Shown here in pieces: positions 1-15,394 of a DNA stretch of 64,000 nt. The stretch's first letter is position 1; the number at the start of each line of letters is the position of its first letter. A model generated the notes under the pieces. The model made no database searches and had not been told where the DNA came from. It saw only the letters and a program-made list of their open reading frames with translations. Both the position numbers and the translations under genes were made by a program. This stretch comes from Octopus vulgaris (lineage: Eukaryota): contig OX597815.1 in NCBI GenBank assembly GCA_951406725.2, positions 147,126,001 to 147,190,000 on the forward strand. The letters run 5' to 3'.

Positions 1-266
1 TAAAATTCTAGGCATATAAAATATCATCGCATTCCTTTTATTGGATTTCCGGCCGTCTCTGCAGACCAACTAAGAAGCTAAGAATATAAAAGTCCATTTC
101 TGATCATTTCATATTAAGAGCAGAAAAGGAGGTGTAGAAAATAAAACAGAATTTATTGCCGTCAATTTGTAATGAGATCATCGATGCAGTCCTATAGAAT
201 TTTCTCTTACAGATCTGTAAATTATAGACATATATGTGAGCTAAATTATTATCATGTTTTATGTTA

Positions 267-400
<134 letters not shown>

Positions 401-635
401 TTCTTTTTTGTCTTTGCATTATTGCTGTTGATCGTCTTCTTACTTTTCATGTTAGTATTCTTATTATTTTCCAGAAGTGTTATGTTATTTTGAGTTTTCA
501 ACAACAGTGTTCTCGTTTACTTTAGCTACTTGCAGTTTTGTGTTTGTTCACACCTATGTGGAAGTTGCGCTATATAGAATAATGTTCAGTGTCTAATATT
601 GCCAGGTTCCGTATGTTTTGTATGTGTTTGTTTAT
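401..635 (-). mobile_element. Highly decayed 3' end of an R4/Dong-type LINE ending in (TAA)n
   Basis: Minus strand ACAAACACATACAAAACATACGGAACCTGGCAATATTAGACACTGAACAT resembles 5734-5780 (TNTYNIQKIALLGTAH); runs into minus-strand (AAT)n. Confidence 0.4.
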
Positions 636-719
636 ATATCCAAACACACATCCGCATGCGTATATATGTTATGCATATACACACATAGTAAACGAATAAT
701 AACGGACAGTTCAAAACAT

Positions 720-765
720 CATTACACACGTTTCAATAGCGTGTTTAATTATTTTTTCAACAATG
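720..765 (-). ncRNA. Degenerate type I hammerhead-like motif, U3-A8 core
   Basis: CATTG-TTGAAAA-AATA(11 nt)TATT-GAAA-CGTGT-G-TAATG; stem I and a short stem II pair, but position 17 is G (cleavage unlikely). Confidence 0.4.
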
Positions 766-1133
766 TATACTACATAGCGTAATATTGCTAATTTCATATC
801 ATTGCATAACTATACCTTTCAACGGGTAATGGTCAGCTAATATCGGTGAAATACGATCAGTTTATGAGGGTAGGGGTAATAGTGAACAAATTATGTGAAA
901 AGCAAGATTTCCAAGCAATGCTCTGTTTCTAAAATGGCAAAGAGATGTTAAGTCTTACAACAAATAAAACCATCACATTTGCTGTAAAGTAGTGGCGAAA
1001 AGACCATATCACTTTTCAGATGCTTGATGAACATCTACATCGTTCCAAAAATAATGCGATTGTTAGCATGGACATTTTGTAGACTGCCTTAAGTAAACAT
1101 AGGTTTGTGTCAATACAATGATTGTGTCAATAC

Positions 1134-1228
1134 CAAAGTTCACCTCGATGGTATTTGAACTGAAAGCGCATCAGTCAAAAGAAATGCTGCTGTTTTCTCT
1201 GACGCATTAACGATTCTGCCACCTCCCG
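1134..1228 (-). mobile_element. Decayed tRNA-derived SINE head
   Basis: Minus GGAGGTGGCAGAATCGTTAATGCG...CAGTTCAAATACC matches the SINE head at 10918 and 60461. Confidence 0.5.
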
Positions 1229-1368
1229 GTCTCAATAACGATATGTAATATCTATGTACCAATCCTTACAATTTGTGGAAAGAGACACTGTGAGAAATTT
1301 TAAAATGGGCACTTTTCCGCTCTCACAAAACTAACTAGAACAACTAAAATCGAGCGCTCTCAGAAGTT

Positions 1369-2748
1369 AAATAATAAATCGCCGATACCAGCTCCTATCC
1401 GAGCATTGGGTTCGTCACTTTCTATCCAGTTCCTCGGCAGACGTTTGTGCTGAATATGACTGTGGAGTCCAAGTTGGTAGTGACACAGTTGTGGGCAGAA
1501 TACGCACAGAACGGTCGGTGCGGGTCGAGGATGTTGAAGACACTCTTTTCTTCTCCTGCGTTTAACCTCCTCATTCTGTTGTCTATTCTGCTCGAAGGAG
1601 CTGGCTGCATTGCGAATGGCAGTCTCCCAGATTCTCCTATCCTTAGCAATCAGTTCCCATGAGCATGACTGTATGTTAGTTTGAGTCAGGGTCCGTTTGA
1701 GCTGGTCTTTAAAACGGAATTTTGGGCCTCCTCTGGGTCTTGTTCCGATTGCAAGTTCTCCGTAGAACATGATCCTCGGGAGACGAGAGGGTTCCATACG
1801 TTGAACGTGACCTGCCCAGCGGAAAAGATAGCAAAGAATGGTGGCTTCAATGCTTGGCAGCGAGGCGCGACGAAGAGAGTCGGTATCGGTAATGTCATAT
1901 TCCCATCGAATATTGAGCTTGGATTGCTGGTTGCATTCAAGGCACTTGAATTCACGGCGGTACAGTGTCCAAGTCTCACAAGCGTAGAGAAGTGTTGACA
2001 GGACAATGGCACGGACGACCATGATATTTGTCCGGCGGGTCAGAGCGTGATTGAAGAATACACGTTGGCTGAGTCTACTGAAGGCGGAGTGAGCCGCTCT
2101 GATCCGGTTATCCAGGACCAGTTCACACGTGGAGGAAGAGTTCCAATCACGGTTCGTGGTTCGATACCTCAACAACTCCTCTATAGGATCCAGCGGCTAA
2201 AAACATCATCGGGGGGAACCACGTCTACTTTCAGCCCCTGCTCCTCTACCGTCTTCAAAATGGCAGTTCCCCCACTTTTGGAGGTATATTGATCTCTGGT
2301 GTTGAATGTGTTTCTTCTTTCTCCTTTTTTCTCTTCTTCTTCGATTCAGCGTCAACGAAGGTCAGCGGGCGTGAAAGTCTTCGAAAGAATACTTCCAATG
2401 TATGAGATGCGTTCAACGTTTTCTAGGAGTTGGCCGTTGATGCTAATGTTCTGGCCTGGTGCATATTGGATCAGGGTGTTGTTCTTTAATATGGTTACCT
2501 GCATCCCGAAGCGTTCATAAGCCTAATCCTAAAGATAGGCCGTCCTTTGTAGGCCATCTACTTTACGGCTCGAGGTGGCATTGACGTTGGCACGGTGCAT
2601 CTCACAGACTGAGATGGCGGAGGTCTTCGTCTTTGCGCGGAGACATGTGAGGTTGAAGAGTCAGCCATCCCAGCGACAGTGCATGTTGATGGAAGGCGAG
2701 TCCAGTGGGATTTCGTTGAACATGGCAGCCATGTACAAAGACTGATGT
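1369..2748 (-). mobile_element. 5'-truncated, decayed RTE-clade LINE (RT C-terminal part and thumb/C-terminus), interrupted at about 2130-2376
   Basis: ORF 1360-2175: RIRAAHSAFSRL, STLLYACETW, RWAGHVQRM, GTRPRGGP..RFKD, terminal CxxC..H..H; upstream frames give LFNL..LRAKTKT and YIGSILS; short TTA tail. Confidence 0.85.
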
Positions 2749-2751
2749 ACA

Positions 2752-4420
2752 TGCCTATTACTGATTCCACACTCATGGATAAATGAATGTTTGAGTATAT
2801 TCAGTATAACAGACAACATAAGAGAATTCATTAGCCTTAGAAAGAAAAAAAATGGAAAGTAGATTTCTACTCAGCTAACACAATCTTGGGGAAAGTTAAT
2901 GAATTTTCCAAAGGGAATCGTTGACTTCTATAATACTTTTTCTATGTTCAATGCCTCTCAGTTTAACATTAAAGAAGGCAAAGGCAGGGTGTCAGTTCAG
3001 AAATAGGAATAGAAAAAGTAACCATTTGCTCTACATAGATGATTTGAAGCGTTATATAAGAATGAAAAAAGATTTGTTAATACAGACTGTAACACTCTTC
3101 AGCAAATATATTTGGTGAAGGTAAGTGTGCAGTATCAGTAGAGGTCAGGTAGTCAACAGGTATGGCATTCAAATGCCAGATGGCCAGACATGGAAGTCAT
3201 TAAAAGAAAGAGAGAGTTATCTGTATCTTGGAATAATAGAATCTGATAATGTACTAACTATAGAAAACAAACTAACTATAGAAAACAAAAAATGAGAAGC
3301 AGTACATCAGAAATGGTGATGAAGTTCAGACTTAATAGTCCGAATCTAGTGAATGCTGTAAATACTTGGACAGAATAACTAGGAAGGAATTCAATATGAA
3401 TGGGTGACTCCACCCAAGGGCAGGTGTAGCAAGATTATTCCTACCTAGAAAGGAAGTGGGGAAGATGGTTAATATCAGTGAAAGACTGCATGGAGTTAGC
3501 TAGAGCAGATAAAGACTCCTATGTAGGTAATAGTGAAGAAAGGTTATTAAAAGCTGCTTGAGTAACAGCAAGACAGGGAAACCAACACACCAAACGAACT
3601 TCAAAACCAGAAAAAAAACAGAAATTATCTGACTGGCAAGATGAGGTGTTGCATGGTAGATTACAAATGCTAGGTTCAGCACATAGTAGCAGTGAGACAT
3701 GGTTATGGCTACAGAATGGAAAGATGAAGGAGACAGTAAGTTTGTTAGTAGCTGCATAAGAGCAAGCATTAATGACCAATTGAATAAAACCCAAAATAGA
3801 CCAAATCCAACTAGATTCCCAATGTAGATTATGCAAATCAAAAGAGGAAAGTGCTAGTCATATAGTAAGTGAATGTAGAACATTGGCTTAGAAAGAATAC
3901 AAGAATACATGATAATCAGGGGAGATCAATCCACTGGGAAATGTGTAGAAAGCTAGGATTTAAACATACTTATAAATGGTAGGAACATGAACCTAGTAAA
4001 GGACTAGAACGTAAGAAATACAAGATGTAATAGAAAGAGTAATAGAAGCTAGATGGCCTGATTTGGTAGTAGTAGATAAAGAGTGTAGGAAGTACAAGGT
4101 AATTGACTTTACAGTCCCAGATGATGAAAACAATATGAGATGTATAGAAAAAATAGTTAGGTACTAGGACCTAACCATTGAATTGCAGAGACTATGGGCA
4201 GTGCGGGTAAAATGTATTCGTCATAGGAGTATTGGAGACTATCGCTTGTGATCTGAACAGACGGATAGGGGAAATAGGCTTAAAACCTAGTTTAGTACAG
4301 CTGCAGGAAACAGTGTTTGTTAAGGACAGCTAAGATACTTGAGAGGTTCTTGGCATCTAAGGTTACGTGTAGCTTGATGTTAGGATTCGTTTCGTTTCCA
4401 ACAGTCTAATGGGTTGGGGG
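2752..4420 (+). mobile_element. 5'-truncated, decayed R4/Dong-clade LINE (RT, CCHC, RLE)
   Basis: IPHSWINECL at about 2764, NHLLYIDDLK at 3020-3049, CRLCKSKEESASHIVSEC at about 3823-3876, RWPDLVVVDK RLE motif at about 4050; ends in (ACT)n(AAT)n. Confidence 0.85.
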
Positions 4421-4469
<49 letters not shown>

Positions 4470-4485
4470 ATAATAATAATAATAA

Positions 4486-4930
4486 AATATGGGCTACAGC
4501 AAATATTCTGCTCAATACCACAGATTTGCTTGTCAGTTGTTTGAGCTTAATCAGTTGAGCTGACGATATGTCCATCACTGATTATGAGCAGAAGTAGTGG
4601 AGGAACATCATAGCCGTGTGTTGAATGGAATTCTTAAAGGTTTGGATAATTCGCCTTTAGAAACATGGTGGTTCGTTCAACATCCTTAAACAATCCTTAT
4701 TCAGGGGCCTTTGGAGTGAGATGCGCTACTCGGCCAGAAGAAAATTGTAACTGAGCCCTACCGGTAAGGTCATGCACTGTTTATCTTGATACGAGATCAC
4801 TATATCCTGCACATATGGTTGTGATGCATGAGCCTGGTGTACCCTTATCAGACAGATAGTCATGAGCGATATACTGGGCTTCGTATATTTTACCCGTGTC
4901 ACTTTAATAGCATGCACTACTCTCTCACTC
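4486..4930 (+). mobile_element. Unclassified ~445-bp non-coding interspersed element between trinucleotide tracts
   Basis: Complex sequence bounded by (AAT)n on the left and (AAC)n(TAC)n on the right, like the neighbouring Dong copies; no coding similarity recognised. Confidence 0.4.
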
Positions 4931-4954
4931 AACAACAACAACTACTACTACTAC

Positions 4955-5153
4955 TTCAAATTTTGGCACAAGGCCATCAATTTAGGGAGTGGGGATAAAT
5001 ATTTTATATCGCCTTCCCTGTTTCACCGGTACCTCTTTTATTGATTCCGAAAAAATAAAAGTTAAAGTCAACCTCGGCGTCATTTGAACTCAGAACATAA
5101 AAAGCCGTTAAGAATTTTTGTCCGGCGTGGAATCGATTCTACCAGCTTGCCGG
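4955..5153 (-). mobile_element. tRNA-derived SINE (same family as 10918, 51530, 60461, 61660)
   Basis: Minus GCAAGCTGGTAGAATCG...TTCTGAGTTCAAAT..GCCGAGGTTGACTTT...GGCCTTGTGCCAAAATTTGAA. Confidence 0.75.
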
Positions 5154-5160
5154 CAATGTT

Positions 5161-5392
<232 letters not shown>

Positions 5393-5394
5393 AA

Positions 5395-5907
5395 GATGGT
5401 ATAGGCACACACCAGAAAAGGTCACAGAAAACGAGAAAGCAACCATACTCTGGGATATGCCGATACACACAAATAGAGAAATTAAGGCCAACAGACCAGA
5501 TATAGTTGTCAGAGATCATGAAGAAAAAAATGCTTTCTAATTGATGTATCAATACCGGCAGATGACAACGTGTCTCTAAAAGAAATGGAGAAACTCTCAA
5601 AATACAAAGACCTGGAAATAGAGATAACTAGAATGTGGAACCTGAAAACAGAAACAATTCCTATCATAGTAGGTGCATTAGGCATGCTAAAAAAATATTT
5701 AGACAAATACATAACAAAAACACCAGGACTTACAAACACATATAACATACAGAAAATTGCACTACTAGGCACTGCACACATCCTACGCAGAACACTTTCC
5801 ATACAATAACCATCAGAGCATCACAACAAATCACAGCACATACCCAAGGCACACAGAGCTGCGCTCGGTAGTGAATTGAAAGCACGCTATAAAAATAAAA
5901 CTACTGA
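5395..5907 (+). mobile_element. 3'-terminal fragment of an R4/Dong LINE (RLE domain and 3' UTR)
   Basis: WYRHTPEKVTENEKATILWD..NRPDIVV; frameshift; ..LIDVSIP..EKLSKYKDL..IPIIVGALG..QKIALLGTAHILRRTL*; about 100-bp UTR then (AAT)n. Confidence 0.9.
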
Positions 5908-8326
<2,419 letters not shown>

Positions 8327-8723
8327 TTAAAATTTCGATTATTTTATCATAATGGTCATCTAATGCTTAGAGATACATGTATGTTCTAATTCCAATCTTT
8401 TTTAAATGTAATATTTTCATCCAATTTTCTTTTGGCATTATATCAGTTTGGATAATCTATAGAATGTAAATCTGAGCAGAATAAAGCAAGGTAGCTAATT
8501 TATATTTTTATTATATTTTTATCCTTACGCGTATGACAGTCGCGAATACTAATATAATAATCGTCATGTACAAGGTTGCATAATCACTCTGAAAGTCAGT
8601 CAAAACTTAGCACTATCCAACAGCCGATGCTGTTTTGTAATAATGACTTAAATTACTATTTCACCCCAAGATCTGTCGTTCCCGTATTATTATGGAATGA
8701 CCTACTCAACGATTACCGCACAT

Positions 8724-8726
<3 letters not shown>

Positions 8727-8795
<69 letters not shown>
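8727..8795. repeat. (CA)n microsatellite
   Basis: Direct reading. Confidence 0.98.
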
Positions 8796-8797
<2 letters not shown>

Positions 8798-9977
8798 TAA
8801 TATAAACAGCAGATTGCAATATTTCACCAGGAGGGAGAATTACAAATGTCACTAAATGCGATTAGGGTATTAGGAAACGCCTACATTGCTAGAAATAAGA
8901 GCTAAACCACACTAATGCAAAAGTTAACGCGCATGAATGGAAACATATACACTAACAGGGAGCATTTATAGTTATAACAACAATGAATCTCGGATGGAAT
9001 TTATAATCATTAATTGCATCGCTACGCGCGTTTCCACAAATAACAAATCTCTTAACATCATAGTGTGTATTCATTGGATAACTTACTTAACCTTTATACT
9101 AGTAAATAGCAATAAATATCCCTCTGTTGTACGTCTATTGATGTGATATCGCCTAAAGAAATAAACCAATGAAGATGATCAACCACGGACTGCATTTTAA
9201 TCATAGCAGGAATACGGACAGTAATCTTAAAAAGCATTTGATTTGTGCTAACGCACTTAGCAATGCATTAAATATTTATGAATTCTATCAATTATTATTG
9301 TTATCATTATTATTTTTATGCTACAATATATCGGTACAGCTCGATGCAACTCGGAAAAACTGGTTCACCAGTCAGCGTCTTTAAACTATGACCAGCATAA
9401 TGATATAGGAGCTTCATTTACATATTCATATCATATTCATTACATAAACATTTCCAGCAAACACATTACTGTATCAACCAACGAATCGGATATGGTTATA
9501 CACCGCTAATCACAATGTCATTTCTAGCATTCTTTTAGATTTCGAATGATACCACCCCATAGACAAGACAGGCAGGTGTCAACATTCACCTTGTTCGAAA
9601 CGGTAGTTTGGTTCATGGTAGCCATTTATACCTGAGTGGACTGGAGAAACGAGAAATGAAATATTTTACTCAAAGATATAACGCAACTCTAGTCTGGGGA
9701 TCGAAACCACGATCTTACTATCGTTAATATCACACCTTAGGCCACGTATCTTCCCGCACGCCCTCGCGCACTCTAACACATACCTATATATACTGGATGA
9801 AAGGGATTATAATCCAGCTGTCTCCACATGGGGAACATCTTTGTATTCCAGGTATGAATTGAATGTATGTAAATGTTTTTATTTTTAAACTAAAAAAGCC
9901 ATTGATACTAGATAAATTTACTCGTAAATTATATTTTCAGAATATGTATTAAAAGAGAGACTGGGGCATGTTGTACC

Positions 9978-10130
<153 letters not shown>

Positions 10131-10815
10131 ATCATACATTCATACATACACAAATACCTACATACCTATAAAGAGAGGTAGTTTGATGGATAGAGCGCTA
10201 TCGTTAAGTTTTCATGATTAATTTTGCGTAAATATATTAATGATTTAAAAATACAAACATATTTCTGTACATTGAATTTATAGTTTTCTCAACGTATTCG
10301 GTGTAAAGATAATTTTCTACGCTTGTCAAACAATCACCAATGTTGAAATTAACTTTCTCTCATGTGTAAACGGAAACATATACCAATATAGATACATGTA
10401 ATTATGGAAATAGAAACAGTGTTAATACTGTATGAAAGGTTAAATTATAACTGCTGGGAAATTATTATCTCAGACTTGCCCTTGGAACTTGTTGGAAATA
10501 TTCACCACGAATATTTTTGTAATATGCCAAACTTATTACCTAACAGAACTATGAATTCATGTGAGACGCACACACACACAGACACATTCGAGCACGCACA
10601 CACATGCAGACAGAGAGAGGACACCCACACACATACTCACACACACATATCCTAGTATTTATGTATAAACTTATGTATATGTTACTAATATATATATATA
10701 TATATATATATAAATATATATTTATATATATATATAATTGCAGCGTGGAAGGTGTTTATAAGCCATTTAAGATACACACAAAAACCATTAGATTCACTCC
10801 AACATTTAAATTTAA

Positions 10816-10866
10816 TTTATCAAAATATTTTCGTCGCTTTGAGACCGCGACTTGATCACTGATAAA
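10816..10866 (-). ncRNA. Type I hammerhead ribozyme motif, G3-C8 variant core
   Basis: TTTATCA-GTGATCA-A-GTCGC(GGTCTCAAA)GCGAC-GAA-AATATT-T-TGATAAA: 7-bp stem I, 5-bp stem II, palindromic stem III. Confidence 0.6.
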
Positions 10867-10917
10867 ATTCTGTGCTGCATCTGAAAAAGTAACAGTTCAT
10901 GATATATACGCACGTGT

Positions 10918-11925
10918 AGGCGGCGAGCAGGTAGAATCGTTAGCACGCCGGGTGAAATGCGTAGCCGTATTTCGTCTGCCGTTACGTTCTGAGTTCAAAT
11001 CCCGCCGAGGTCAACTTTGCCTTTCATTCTTTCGGGGTCGATAAATAAAGTACCAGTTACGCACTGGAGTCGATGTAATCGACTTAATCCGTTTGTCTGT
11101 CCTTGTAGCCCCTTATGGGTAATAAAGAAACAGATATATACGTACGTGTGTGTGTGTATGTACGCATGCATGTATGCATGTGTGTATATAAGACTGTATG
11201 TATGTATGTATACGCGTATGTATGTATTCGTCTACATGTATGTGCGCATGTCTATACGCATGTATGCATGTATTTTGTGTGCCGTTACGTTCTGAGTTCA
11301 AATCCCGCCGAGGTCAACTTTGCCTTTCATTCTTTCGGGGTCGATAAATAAAGTACCAGTTACGCACTGGAGTCGATGTAATCGACTTAATCCGTTTGTC
11401 TGTCCTTGTAGCCCCTTATGGGTAATAAAGAAACAGATATATACGTACGTGTGTGTGTGTATGTACGCATGCATGTATGCATGTATGTATATAAGACTGT
11501 ATGTATGTATGTATACGCGTATGTATGTATTCGTCTACATGTATGTGCGCATGTCTATACGCATGTATGCATGTATTTTGTGTGCCGTTACGTTCTGAGT
11601 TCAAATTCCGCCGAGGTCGACTTTGCCTTTCATCCTTTCGGGGTCGATCAAATAACTACCAGTTACGCACTGGGGTCGATATAATCGACTTAATCCGTTT
11701 GTCTGCCCTTGTTTGTCCTCTCTGTGTTTAGCCTCTTGTGGGTAATAAATAAATAGGTATTTCTTCAGCCGTTACGTTATAAGTTCAAATTCCGCCGAGG
11801 TCGACTTTACCTTTCATTCTTTCGGGGTCGATATATAAAGTACCAGTTACGCACTGATTCAATTCCTTTGTCTGTCCTTGTTTGTCCCCTCTATGTTTAG
11901 CCCCCTGTGGGCAATAAATAAATAA
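10918..11925 (+). mobile_element. tRNA-derived SINE followed by three headless tandem copies (303-bp period for the first units)
   Basis: Head GGCGGCGAGCAGGTAGAATCGTTAGC; units restart at GCCGTTACGTT 10978, 11281, 11584, 11768; central GCCTTTCATYCTTTCGGGGTCGATAAA..AGTACCAG resembles the Meta-type SINE domain. Confidence 0.85.
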
Positions 11926-12399
11926 TTATTATAAATCTATAGCACTCTGTCTGTGCTACAGTGTTGGCTGTAGTATGCATTATTTTTATTTCTATAATAT
12001 AAGCTGAGAAAAACATTTGAGTGAGGAATATATTCGATTTAATCGAATCCAATAATTGACACTTGTGCATTTTTTCATTGACCTCTGAGGCGGAAGTTGA
12101 AGTCAGGATTTTACTTGAAACTCCTGAACATTCTGGGTTGCTAAATACCGAAAATATTTAATCTGTTTCTCTACCGAATGTAGAATCCATGAATACAATG
12201 GTTTTGATAGAAATACTTTGACTGTAAAACGAAGCGTAAACGCATAACAAAATTAATCTTTCCAGTGATGTGGTAGGAAATATTGAGAACAACAGAGAAA
12301 TGTATAAGGTTTGTAGCTTGTCTTTGTTGATGTTCGTGATAAGTGTGTCGTGTTTATCACTGCTACTAGTAAGAATAAGGATGGAGATAGAAAATAAAG

Positions 12400-12790
12400 T
12401 ATTGACGCATGAAGTAAATCTCTATTATATGGATGACTTCGAGATGTTAACAAAGAATGAAGAAGATCAAATATATGTGGATTTGGTAAAGAGATATTGG
12501 GTTGGGATTTGGGATTAATAAAATTCGATAGTATAATAATAATAGAAAGAGGTAAGAAGGAGGAATGTAATGGGGGAGAGGATTCCCAAATATGGAAATC
12601 AAGTAGATAATATTTATAAATTCTTCGATATAAAAGAATTGAAGAACAAAAGAACCAGACATGAAAGGCAAGTCTTTGAAAAGCACATCTAAGAAACATG
12701 AACGTTTTACTATAATCTAAAGTAAATGTGGATAAGTTCTTTGGTAAAATGTTAATTATTTGAAATGCAGTTATGCAGTTAACTGAAGAT
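12400..12790 (+). mobile_element. Very decayed R4/Dong RT fragment
   Basis: VNLYYMDDFEMLTKNEE..IG(L)GFG resembles HLFYMDDLKLYGK..DIGMEFG at 6540-6650; abuts (CTA)n. Confidence 0.45.
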
Positions 12791-12796
12791 ATTTAA

Positions 12797-12797
<1 letters not shown>

Positions 12798-12890
<93 letters not shown>
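12798..12890. repeat. (CTA)n microsatellite
   Basis: Direct reading. Confidence 0.98.
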
Positions 12891-12899
12891 ATGATTTAA

Positions 12900-14090
12900 A
12901 ATTTTAGCACCAGATGGAATGAGAACCCAGGTTTAAAATTGCGTTGCAATTAAACAAGTGCCTACCGAGTGCTGCAGTTCCGGAGTGGATTGTAGACAAC
13001 ATTGTTGATGAAAGATCGGTCAAAGGGCGATGAGGTTGATAGTTATCAATTCGATGCTGGTCTAAACCTGCTATGGAAGCTATTAACAAGTATCCTCGCA
13101 GGGAAAATATATACATTCTTTGCAGAAAACAATCTACTTCCAGTAGAACAAAAAGGATGCCGAAAAGGATCCAAGGACAACGTTGTAATGAAGAAATATA
13201 AACGGTACCAAAAAATTTGTGCATGGACTGGATAGATTTTAACAAGACTGATGACAAGTTGGTGCATTGATGTATTTTGGAAACATTCGACATGTGTGGA
13301 ATAGCTGAGAACGTGTGTGCACTGATTAAGAACGGCATGCCTAGTTGTTAAACACGTCTTTTCTACAACAACCATCACTTAGCCTAGGTAACAATCAAAA
13401 TAGGTACCTTCAAGGGAGACTCTTGTTAACCATTCTTATTTGTTATAGCCGTGATACTACTTTCTGTAGTGAACGCGCAATATGAACTGAGAAAGACTTG
13501 ATCTCGTCTCAACCACCTTCTTTTCATAGATGATTTGAAACTGTTCGCAAAAACAGAGCCTGAAATGGAGAGGTTGGTTGAGACCGTACAGATGTGCAGC
13601 AAAAATAAAGGAATGGAATTCGGCATCTTAATGTGTGCGGTGCTCAATTTGTAACAGAGGAAAGAGCAGATTGTAGGGACATAGAATTGCCAAAAGTAGA
13701 AATAATAGAAGACCTGGATGATGATGAGTAGAAGTATCTCGGGATCCTGGAGCTGGAGAATATATTGCACAGAGAAAGGAAATTCAAGTTCATCACTAAA
13801 TATTTCAAGTGCCTCAAGCTTCTCTTGAAATCAAAACTGAACTCAAAGAACTTTGTAACTGCCATCAACATATGGGCTGTTGCTGTAGTCCGCTATATTA
13901 CACGTAACCTGAAATGGACACAAGTGGAGATTGACCTACTGGATCGCACTACCAGAAAGACAAAATAAAGCATGGTGCCCTCCACACTAAGGCGAATGCA
14001 CACAGGCTCTACATGAAGAGGGTATAAAGGTGGACGTGGGCTGATTAGCGTACGGGAGGGCATCAGCTGTGAAAGAAGAAACATACAGAA
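12900..14090 (+). mobile_element. Decayed R4/Dong LINE RT fragment
   Basis: LWKLLTSIL..ENNLLPVEQKGCRKGS, FQG(D)S, NHLLFIDDLKLFAK, GMEFG, KYLGIL, LLLKSKLN..AINIWAV, GGRGLI; followed by AAT repeats. Confidence 0.85.
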
Positions 14091-14796
14091 TATTAATAGT
14101 AATATTAATAATAATAATGAGGCTAAATTTGAAGCAAATCTTGAAAATCATGAAATTGTTAACTATGTATGTATATATATTAAAGAAAAAGCTTTGTGTA
14201 TAAAAACAAATGCGCTGACGCACCCATGTACACATATTTTGTACAAGACCTCATACACACAGAAATACACTCAAGCACATACATATGCATCCACACACAC
14301 ACCTACCAATCCACACACTTATACATACACATACAAACACGCTCACACATTCCATGTTAGGGAAAAGTTCAAGAAAGCTATGTCTTGCAAGAGAAGAATA
14401 AAGATCTCAAAGATAAGCCTGAGAGTAAATAAACATTTAAAACATGATTGTTTGACAATATATACTTTATTTCGCCTATATCCCTAGACATTTATGGAAC
14501 ACGACTATCATCATATAAATCTGAGGATTGCGTGACGCAATGAAAGGACTATCTTATTCCAATATTACAAAGTTGTAAACATTGCAAATAGTGAAATCAG
14601 ACATTGATTAATGTCTGTATGTGTGTGTGTGTTTGTGTGTGTGTTTGTGTGTGTTTGTGTAAATATACATACACACATAAATACACTATATAAATATAAA
14701 ATATAGATAAATAAAAAAATATTTATATTTAAAGGGCTTATGATTAAAAAGGCAAAAAACACCAAAAAGACATAGATAGAAAGACGCCTAACTATA

Positions 14797-15394
14797 TCTT
14801 CTATATAAATGGCAATTTCTGTCTGTCAATTACCATCTTACTGCCTAAATCAGAGAACCAACATGCACCAAACTTTGCATATATGTTGCACAAATATTCA
14901 GTTCATTAAAAGGCTAATTGATTTTAATAAATATCTATATGCTCCCTAGATGGGTTGGGTAAATCATGTGATAAAATGAGAAGAGTGCAAAAATCATTAG
15001 TCTGAGGGAAATATAGTAACAGAGTGAGTGTGATTTATATAGGGGAAGGGGCGTACTGCATTCTGTAAGCGACAAATATGGAGTAGCAATGGGGTTTATA
15101 TTAAAGAAACGAAAGCAAACCATTACGACGACCAAAGTTGTAAGATCTCTTGATGTTTTGATAAGTTTTAGTGAATGAAGTCACGTGAAATAGTCCAACA
15201 GACATGTAAATAATTTTAAAAGTAAAAAAAAAAAAAAAATCCTCAACGAAATCTTTTGACGGAAAATTGCACAAATCTATCCTGATTATGAGGCCTATCT
15301 GTCAGGGAATGCATGCTCTAACATGGATTAAATATAAATTTACATAATGCATTCTATTGCAAAATTGCCTGGCAACGACGGATTATTCAGCTAG
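14797..15394 (+). mobile_element. Probable non-autonomous Helitron
   Basis: 5' A|TCTTCTATATAAATGGC..CTGTCTGTC; 3' degenerate GC hairpin CCTGGCAACGACGG then CAGCTAG end; diverged second copy of the 3' part at about 15465-15625. Confidence 0.5.

Noticed and set aside
9555-9610. TAGACAA..hairpin..GAAACGGTA hammerhead-like string
   Set aside because: Core position 4 is altered and there is no stem I pairing
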